IMG/VR virus record: IMGVR_UViG_3300037470_001143
Location: 1 to 25,718 of that record
Reading direction: 5' to 3' (one strand)
DNA from: a virus
Lineage: Duplodnaviria > Caudoviricetes
DNA length: 25,718 bases
In this document: positions 17,472-22,823 of the stretch, in pieces
How the letters are laid out: every line of letters starts with the position of its first letter
Numbering within the stretch: position 1 is the first letter of the stretch
The notes under the pieces: model-generated
Seen by the model: the letters and a program-made list of their open reading frames with translations, nothing else
Database searches by the model: none
What the model was told of the DNA's origin: nothing
Program-made: the position numbers and the translations under genes

Positions 17472-17867
17472 TTACTCCGTCGCCGCGTGCTTGGTGTGAA
17501 TCCGCAGCGTCCGGCGAAACGGGTCGCTGTATCGGAACGGCGGCTCATTGCCCGGGGCCAGGACTTCGTAGACGAAGGTCTTTGTTCCGCCTGCCTGTCC
17601 GGCAGACAGGTCGGTTTCGCGGATTCGATCTCCCGTCCTGGGAAGCGTCTGTGCGCCGGCGAGCACCAGGTCCGCCGTCCGCATCAGGAAGTCACGCGAC
17701 TCGATTTCGTGGATCACGCCGAACTCGTCGGCCTGCTCGAACTCCGTCCGGCCGATTGTGGCGGACAGTTCCACCGAGTCACCGCCGCGCTGGTATGTCA
17801 CCGTCCGCGTCATGTGTCGGTTGCGCTGGTCCTCCAGCCACGCCGATCCTTTGTCGAGCACGTCCAT
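17472..17867 (-). CDS. Head closure / head-tail joining protein (gpFII-like)
   Basis: Likely start MDVLDKGSAWLEDQR at 17867 (the upstream extension is repeat A2). Follows the cement gene; LPRTGDRI motif. Carries in-frame insert D3. Confidence 0.7.
   Translation of the reverse strand: MDVLDKGSAWLEDQRNRHMTRTVTYQRGGDSVELSATIGRTEFEQADEFGVIHEIESRDFLMRTADLVLAGAQTLPRTGDRIRETDLSAGQAGGTKTFVYEVLAPGNEPPFRYSDPFRRTLRIHTKHAATE
17590..17610. repeat. Family D hairpin, short 21-bp copy D3 (cctgcctgtccggcagacagg)
   Basis: Same arms as the 27-bp copies; encodes LSAGQAG in frame. Confidence 0.8.
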
Positions 17868-17882
17868 GTGTCGCTCCGCGAC

Positions 17883-17995
17883 AGGCAGTTGGACTGTTTG
17901 GCTGTTAGGCAGTTGGGGCTCGTGGTACGGGGCCTTCCAAACAGTCCAACAGCCCAACAGCCCAACAGTCCAACAGCCCAACTGCCCAACCGCCT
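17883..17995. repeat. Family A hairpin element, intergenic copy A2
   Basis: ~4 left 8-mers, 20-nt loop, ~7 right ccaacag[c/t] 8-mers. Loop resembles A1 in the opposite orientation (ggaaggc[g/c]cc). Confidence 0.9.
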
Positions 17996-18335
17996 ATTGA
18001 CTCATCCGCACGCGGACAGTCGCATCCGCGTCCGCCGCGGCCGTCACGCACTTGCCGATCAGCTTGTTCGCCCCGGCGCCGTCACTGGTCGTGGCCACGT
18101 TGTTGGTGTCATCCCAATAGCAGTTGGCCCCGGCGCTGATCGCCGTGCCCACGCCCGTCGCCTTTTCGAAGTCGAAGACGCCCTTGACCGCCAGCGCGCC
18201 GAGGGCGTTCGCGGCGATCGGGGTCTTGGCCACGCCCACCAGTTCGCCGATCACGACCACGTCGCCCGCCGCCACGGCGGCGCCGGGCGTGTAGTCGATC
18301 GTCTCACCGTCATGCACAAAAGTTGCATGTGCCAT
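17994..18335 (-). CDS. DUF2190-family capsid cement/decoration protein
   Basis: 113 aa; G..IDYTP.AAV.AGDVVV.G.LVGVA...IAA..LGAL...GVF, YWD, and ..A...VRVR; directly after the capsid gene. Confidence 0.9.
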   Translation of the reverse strand: MAHATFVHDGETIDYTPGAAVAAGDVVVIGELVGVAKTPIAANALGALAVKGVFDFEKATGVGTAISAGANCYWDDTNNVATTSDGAGANKLIGKCVTAAADADATVRVRMSQ

Positions 18336-18346
18336 CGTTCATCTCC

Positions 18347-18383
18347 CTTCGTTGCTTCGTGGCTCCGTCGCTACGTCGCTTCC
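18347..18383. repeat. Family B 8-mer array (ttcgtggc-type), single arm B2
   Basis: cttcgttg cttcgtgg ctccgtcg ctacgtcg cttcc between the capsid stop and the cement-gene RBS. Confidence 0.8.
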
Positions 18384-18384
18384 G

Positions 18385-20481
18385 TTACGCCTGGCCCTTG
18401 CTCTTGACCCCGCCGCGCGGCTCCTGCAGATTCACGCCGAAATCGTGGTAGCCCCGCATCTGAATGCCGAGCACGTGGAAATCCGCCTCCGCCGTCTCGA
18501 TGGTCGGCGACTCCTGGCCGTTCAGGAACGCGACTTCGATCACCGGCAGGTCCGCCGGATCGGCCAGCAGATACCACGCCTTGTCGGAAAAGCCGGTGTA
18601 CTGCGCGTTGCTCAGATAGCGGCTCACCTCGACGCGGAACTTGCCGGCATGCGGGTTGGCCACGGGGTACTTCGTCGACGCCGTCGTGTCGCGGATCTCC
18701 AGCGACTTGAACAGCATCGTGCCCATCGCCGACAACGAGGTCGGGACCAGCAGCACCTGCGGCATGATGCCGATGGGTTTGCCATCCGCATCCACCTGGT
18801 CCATGAAGGTCCGTTCGGCCAAGCTGAGGGCGTCGATGCCGAGGGCGGTGTCGACGCCTTCGATGTAGTTGTTGTTGCCCGCCGTGAAGAACGCCGCGTT
18901 GTTCATGAAGACCGACCAGAAGATGTCGTTGATCTTCAGGCCGCTTCCGCGCCCCAGCTTGCGCGGCACGGTGGTGATGGCGCCGAGGTCGTCGTTGATG
19001 ATGTCGCGGCGGTCGATGGACAGCAGCAGGCCGTAGGTGTCGGCCTTATTCGTGTAGCTCTGCTCGCCGAGCGTCCCGTGCTTCAGCTCGCCGCCGGGTG
19101 CGACCTTCTCGTACTGGTCCTTGCCGATCAGCCGGTAGCTGGTGACGGTCTTGAAGTCGGAGACGTTGCGGATGGCGGTGATGTTCCGCCAGGTGCGTTC
19201 AACCGAGAAGAATCCCTCCAGCAGGAACTTGTTGGCGACATTCGAGAGGATGCCGCCGATGTCGATGGTCGAAAACGCCGCCTGAAGGTTCTGACCGCCT
19301 GCCTGTGCGTTGCACGCAGACAGGAATGCGAAGCGCAGGACGCCGCGGCTGTCGCGGAAGTTGCGGCCGGAAAAGCCGTTGGCCCAGGCGGCCTCCAGCA
19401 ACAGTTCCTGCAAACCGATCCCGCCGCGGAAGCGCTTCGAGGCCGCTTCGAGGGTCTTTTCGTCGTACTGTTCCTCGACCGTCGCGAGTTTAGCGGTGAG
19501 CATGCACGCGGCCTCGAGGACCTGGCCGCCCATCGCATTCTCGACGGCGTGAATGGCCGGCGCCTTGGGGCGCGAGGCCCGCAGCTTCTCGAGCTCGGTC
19601 TTCTCTTCCGTCCAGCCCTCGGCGATGGCCTTCTCCTCGATCTCGGAGAACTTGCCGGCGCAGATCCGCTGGATGGCGTTGATGCGCTTGGTCTCCGCCA
19701 GGGCCTGCGCCCGCAGTTCATCGAGACTGGAGACTGCCGGCTGTAGGCCGGAGGCGCCGGCATCCGTGCCAGTCGCCCGAACCTCCGTGTCCGTCGCATT
19801 CGCCGCATTCTCAGGGGTCCGTTCATTCTCGTGATCGTCAACCATGACGTTGTCCTCCGTGTCCTCACTAAGGCCTACCGCCTCCGGCCTATGGCCTTCT
19901 GCCGCCGCGATGGTCGCGGCGGTGTTCGTGTCCGCGGCGAGGTCGACGAAACTGATCTCGCCCAGCACCGTCCGCCGGGCGACGTACATCGGGCCTTCAA
20001 ACGTCTTTCCGTTGACCGTGATGCTCTTGCCGTTCCGCACGAACTCGGCCTGGGCGACCTGGGCGCCGATCGAGGCCTGCCAGGGGAAGCCGCGCTTGCT
20101 GCTGGCGACAACCTCGCGGGCCGCGGTGGTGTCACGCGAAACGATGCCCTCGGCGATAAGGCGACCGGCCTCAACGGCGATGCGTTCGGTGTGGCCCACC
20201 CCCTGGTACATGCTGTGACCGAAGCGGACGGGCCGGCGCTGCGACGGGATCGAAAGTCCTTCGAGATCGACGACGATCGGGAAGCGCCAGCCCTCGATCC
20301 GCATGGGCTCACCGGTGTAGGCGATCATGGTGAAGCGGGGGACGGCCTGCTCGTCACCCTCGGCCGCCATCGCCACCAGCGAGATGTTCCCCGGCATGCA
20401 GCGCAGCACGATCCGGTCGGGGACCTGCTCGCTCGCGTCAGGCCGCTTGGGCGACTGCGTCTTCCGTGACATCGTCTTCAT
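18385..20481 (-). CDS. Prohead protease-scaffold-major capsid protein fusion (Mu gpT-like capsid domain)
   Basis: N-terminal protease-like domain (AYTG, H..VGH, WQASIG, EISFV..AD..T), acidic/helical linker, capsid domain (ILSNVANK.L, V.DFK, GELK, TYG, IINDDLGA, AWYL.ADP, FLNGQESP). Confidence 0.9.
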   Translation of the reverse strand: MKTMSRKTQSPKRPDASEQVPDRIVLRCMPGNISLVAMAAEGDEQAVPRFTMIAYTGEPMRIEGWRFPIVVDLEGLSIPSQRRPVRFGHSMYQGVGHTERIAVEAGRLIAEGIVSRDTTAAREVVASSKRGFPWQASIGAQVAQAEFVRNGKSITVNGKTFEGPMYVARRTVLGEISFVDLAADTNTAATIAAAEGHRPEAVGLSEDTEDNVMVDDHENERTPENAANATDTEVRATGTDAGASGLQPAVSSLDELRAQALAETKRINAIQRICAGKFSEIEEKAIAEGWTEEKTELEKLRASRPKAPAIHAVENAMGGQVLEAACMLTAKLATVEEQYDEKTLEAASKRFRGGIGLQELLLEAAWANGFSGRNFRDSRGVLRFAFLSACNAQAGGQNLQAAFSTIDIGGILSNVANKFLLEGFFSVERTWRNITAIRNVSDFKTVTSYRLIGKDQYEKVAPGGELKHGTLGEQSYTNKADTYGLLLSIDRRDIINDDLGAITTVPRKLGRGSGLKINDIFWSVFMNNAAFFTAGNNNYIEGVDTALGIDALSLAERTFMDQVDADGKPIGIMPQVLLVPTSLSAMGTMLFKSLEIRDTTASTKYPVANPHAGKFRVEVSRYLSNAQYTGFSDKAWYLLADPADLPVIEVAFLNGQESPTIETAEADFHVLGIQMRGYHDFGVNLQEPRGGVKSKGQA
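19298..19324. repeat. Family D hairpin, 27-bp copy D1 inside the capsid gene
   Basis: cctgcctgtgcgttgcacgcagacagg, identical to 23416-23442; encodes LSACNAQAG. Confidence 0.92.
19723..19900. repeat. Family C 7-mer arrays forming inverted arms in the protease-capsid linker
   Basis: 19723-19757 gagactg gagactg ccggctg taggccg gaggcgc; 19873-19900 gcctacc gcctccg gcctatg gccttct. Confidence 0.65.
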
Positions 20482-22048
20482 CCTCCGTGTCGTCGTCGTC
20501 GTCCGTCGGTACGGCTGGCGCCGCCTGCGCCACCGCGAGCCCCAACTCGCGCATCAGCGCGACTTCCCGGGCCCGCTGCCGCAGCTCCGATTCCCAGTCC
20601 AGTCCCGCCTTGGCGAACTCCGGAGCCAGCGTCGTCGTGTTGCTCGATAGGCGTGTGGCCTGGGCATTGGCCTCCTTCTGCGGGTCGACGTGCTCCAGCC
20701 CATCCCAGAACCACTGGTGCGATGCGTCGAAATCGAGCGTGCGGACCGACTGCGGCAGATACCCCTCGATCAGCACGGCCTCGTTCAGCCACGCCTTGAA
20801 GATGCGGTCGAGGACGACGTCGGCGAGATAGGCCTGATCGATTCGGATGGCTTTGAAGAATGCTTGATGGTCCAGGCGCCCCGAGGCGTAGTTGTAGCCC
20901 GATGAGTTGCCGGCCGCGATGTTGAACGGCATGTTCAGGCAGCGGGCGATCTCGTTGATCACCTCGTGCTTGAAGTCGCCATAGACCGTGGTGGGTTGCT
21001 CGGCCTTGATCTGGCCGATCTTCCAGCCGTAGGGCATGGTCATCCACGTGCCCCGGTCCATCTCGACCTGGTCCATCGGCTCGACCTGCGAGGCATCGGC
21101 ATCGGCCGCCGCGGCGTCGGTGTAGATCACTCCCGATGGCAGTGCCGCCATCTCCGCCGCGCCCAACACGGCAAGCGTGTAACGCCGAAGCATGGCGAAG
21201 AGCGGCAGCGCTGGCGTGATCTCCGGGATGCCTCGGCTCTGACCTGGGCGCTCGGCGCGGAACAGGTGGATCACCGACTCGGCCGGCATGACGTCGAAAT
21301 CAACACCGCCGGCCTTCCACGCGGCGTTGTCGCCGGGATGCTGCTGCAGCACGTAGTACGCGACGGGGTTGCCGAATTCATCGAACACGATGCCGTCAAT
21401 TGGACTGTTTGACTGTTGGGCTGTTGGACCGTTGGGGCCTCGCACGCCGGTGCGCCCAACAGCCAAACGGTCTAACAGTCCAACAGCCCCATGTGGCGAA
21501 GCCACCTGATCGGCCTCGATCGGCTGCACGTCGAGCTGCACCGGCGCATCGACGCGCGGGTTCGTCGCCAGCAGGGCGAAGACCTCGCCGCTCTCGCATT
21601 GGGCGATTCGCATGGTTCGCAGCTTGTCGGCTAGTCCTGCGGCCCTCGCCCAGCGGGCGAATTCTTTCTCGAGGACGCGATTGGCCTCGGGATCGCCCGT
21701 CAGCATCTGGAGTCGTGGGCCGGTACCCACGACGTAGTTGGCCAGCGTCAGGACGATGCCCTTGGCGTAGCTGTTGTTGGCGACCTCGTACCGCGCCCGG
21801 CTCCGCAGGATGCGCCGCACGTCAGCGCCAACGGCGGCGTTGGCCGACAGGTGATCGGCGTTGGCCCAGTGCCTGCGGTTCTCGTGCGTCGTCTGCGCTG
21901 CGTCGTACTTCGCGTGCAGCGACGGAGTGACGAAGCCACGCAGGGACGAAGCGGAATCCACGCGAAACCGCCACGGCGCCACCGCGCGCAGAAGGGTCTC
22001 CGTCCAACCCCTTCGTGGTTTCGTCGCTTCGTGGCTACGTGGCTTCAT
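20438..22048 (-). CDS. Phage portal protein, lambda family
   Basis: YDAA..., LRSRARYEVANNSYAKG, R.GQ.RGIP, SS.YNYASGRLD, W.....VDP.KEA.A. Start is ATG 22048 or TTG 22054. Contains in-frame inserts A3 and B1. Confidence 0.95.
   Translation of the reverse strand: MKPRSHEATKPRRGWTETLLRAVAPWRFRVDSASSLRGFVTPSLHAKYDAAQTTHENRRHWANADHLSANAAVGADVRRILRSRARYEVANNSYAKGIVLTLANYVVGTGPRLQMLTGDPEANRVLEKEFARWARAAGLADKLRTMRIAQCESGEVFALLATNPRVDAPVQLDVQPIEADQVASPHGAVGLLDRLAVGRTGVRGPNGPTAQQSNSPIDGIVFDEFGNPVAYYVLQQHPGDNAAWKAGGVDFDVMPAESVIHLFRAERPGQSRGIPEITPALPLFAMLRRYTLAVLGAAEMAALPSGVIYTDAAAADADASQVEPMDQVEMDRGTWMTMPYGWKIGQIKAEQPTTVYGDFKHEVINEIARCLNMPFNIAAGNSSGYNYASGRLDHQAFFKAIRIDQAYLADVVLDRIFKAWLNEAVLIEGYLPQSVRTLDFDASHQWFWDGLEHVDPQKEANAQATRLSSNTTTLAPEFAKAGLDWESELRQRAREVALMRELGLAVAQAAPAVPTDDDDDTEDEDDVTEDAVAQAA
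21400..21491. repeat. Family A hairpin element, in-frame copy A3 inside the portal gene
   Basis: tggactgt ttgactgt tgggctgt tggaccgt / loop / cccaacagc caaacggt ctaacagt ccaacagc; encodes ~GAVGLLDRLAVGRTGVRGPNGPTAQQSNSP. Confidence 0.92.
21919..22046. repeat. Family B hairpin element (gccacgaa / ttcgtggc arms) forming the portal N-terminus
   Basis: Arms at 21919-21952 and 22011-22046, each four 8-mers, inverted; encode KPRSHEATKPR and SSLRGFVTPS. Confidence 0.85.
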
Positions 22049-22050
22049 TT

Positions 22051-22251
22051 TCAAACCGCTCCCGGCGGGACCACCTTCGTCATCCGCACGCCGAGGCCCT
22101 TCTTCGCCGCCTCTTTCGACGACAGATACCGGTCCGCCTCGATCTGCTCGGAGATCGAGTGCTGCTCGACGCTGCCGGAGTCGCCCTGGGCCCGCTTGGG
22201 CCCGGCGGCGTTCTCGCGGATGGCGTCGGTGATCGTCGGATCGTCAGCCAC
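22051..22251 (-). CDS. gpW-like head completion protein
   Basis: GTG start after RBS ggag; 66 aa directly upstream of a lambda-type portal; beta-hairpin plus helix pattern (GSVEQHSISEQIEADRYL). Confidence 0.7.
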   Translation of the reverse strand: MADDPTITDAIRENAAGPKRAQGDSGSVEQHSISEQIEADRYLSSKEAAKKGLGVRMTKVVPPGAV

Positions 22252-22265
22252 GTCGGTTCTCCAAC

Positions 22266-22336
22266 TTGCGGGAGCGGGACTTGAACCCGCAGCGCCGGCG
22301 AATGAGGCCAGCATGTTGCCGTTACACCATCCCGCC
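22266..22336 (-). tRNA. tRNA-like gene with CAT anticodon (Met/fMet/Ile2-type; atypical, no encoded CCA)
   Basis: GGCGGGA-TG-GTGT AACGGCA ACAT-G-CTGGC CTCATTC GCCGG-CGCT-GCGGG TTCAAGT CCCGC-TCCCGCA-A folds into a complete cloverleaf. Confidence 0.85.
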
Positions 22337-22341
22337 GCCCC

Positions 22342-22507
22342 GGCCGGGTCTTCCGCAAGGCGAGGCCAAACAAAAACGCCACGCAGGTATGCAGCCCTGC
22401 ACGGCGTGTTATCTGCCTGGAACGCAGCCCGCGGTGATCAGCCGCCGACCTGCCCTTGACGGTGCGAAGCAATGTCAAGGGCCGCTCGCCTCCGGGAAGA
22501 CCCGGCC
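22342..22507 (-). ncRNA. Putative structured leader RNA (multibranch)
   Basis: Closing stem ggccgggtcttcc..aggcgag (22342-22364) pairs with ctcgcct..ggaagacccggcc (22485-22507). Internal hairpins at 22376-22407, 22431-22445 and 22453-22481. Confidence 0.65.
22368..22407 (-). terminator. Rho-independent terminator-like hairpin within the leader
   Basis: Minus strand: acgccgtgcagg-gctgcata-cctgcgtggcgt followed by ttttgttt. Confidence 0.65.
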
Positions 22508-22579
22508 TGGTTGTCTATGGGATACTTATGCTGCTCGACTGCGACATGCAACAGCGAACGGGCGGTAGAACCCGGATTA

Positions 22580-22593
22580 TTCCATATATGGAA
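22580..22593. promoter_or_regulatory. Perfect 14-bp palindrome, candidate operator/activator site
   Basis: ttccatatatggaa, AT-rich in a GC-rich context, upstream of the head operon leader. Confidence 0.55.
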
Positions 22594-22634
22594 CGCGCAT
22601 GTGGGGTGAGAGCGGGATTGAGACCCGCCGTCGA

Positions 22635-22823
22635 TCAGAAAGCCACCCGCTCATACGTGATCACGCGCCGGCCGCAGTGCCGGCATTCACGGCTGCGCAT
22701 GATCTTCCCGCCCCAGGTGCGGCGGGTGTAGATGACGCGGAAGTGGGCGCAGCCGCATTTGGGGCAGCGGAGTCCTCGCTGTTCGTCTTGCTCCGTTTGG
22801 GGTTGCGTCGGAGGTTTGTTCAT
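22635..22823 (-). CDS. Small Zn-ribbon protein (Ogr/Delta- or NrdR-N-like), candidate late regulator
   Basis: ATGA overlap with the terminase stop; CPKCG...TR......R.RECRHCGRR..TYE. Confidence 0.8.
   Translation of the reverse strand: MNKPPTQPQTEQDEQRGLRCPKCGCAHFRVIYTRRTWGGKIMRSRECRHCGRRVITYERVAF

Noticed and set aside
22266-22336. tRNA as the prophage attachment site
   Set aside because: It lies in the middle of the morphogenesis operon, and I saw no duplicated 3' fragment in the window.
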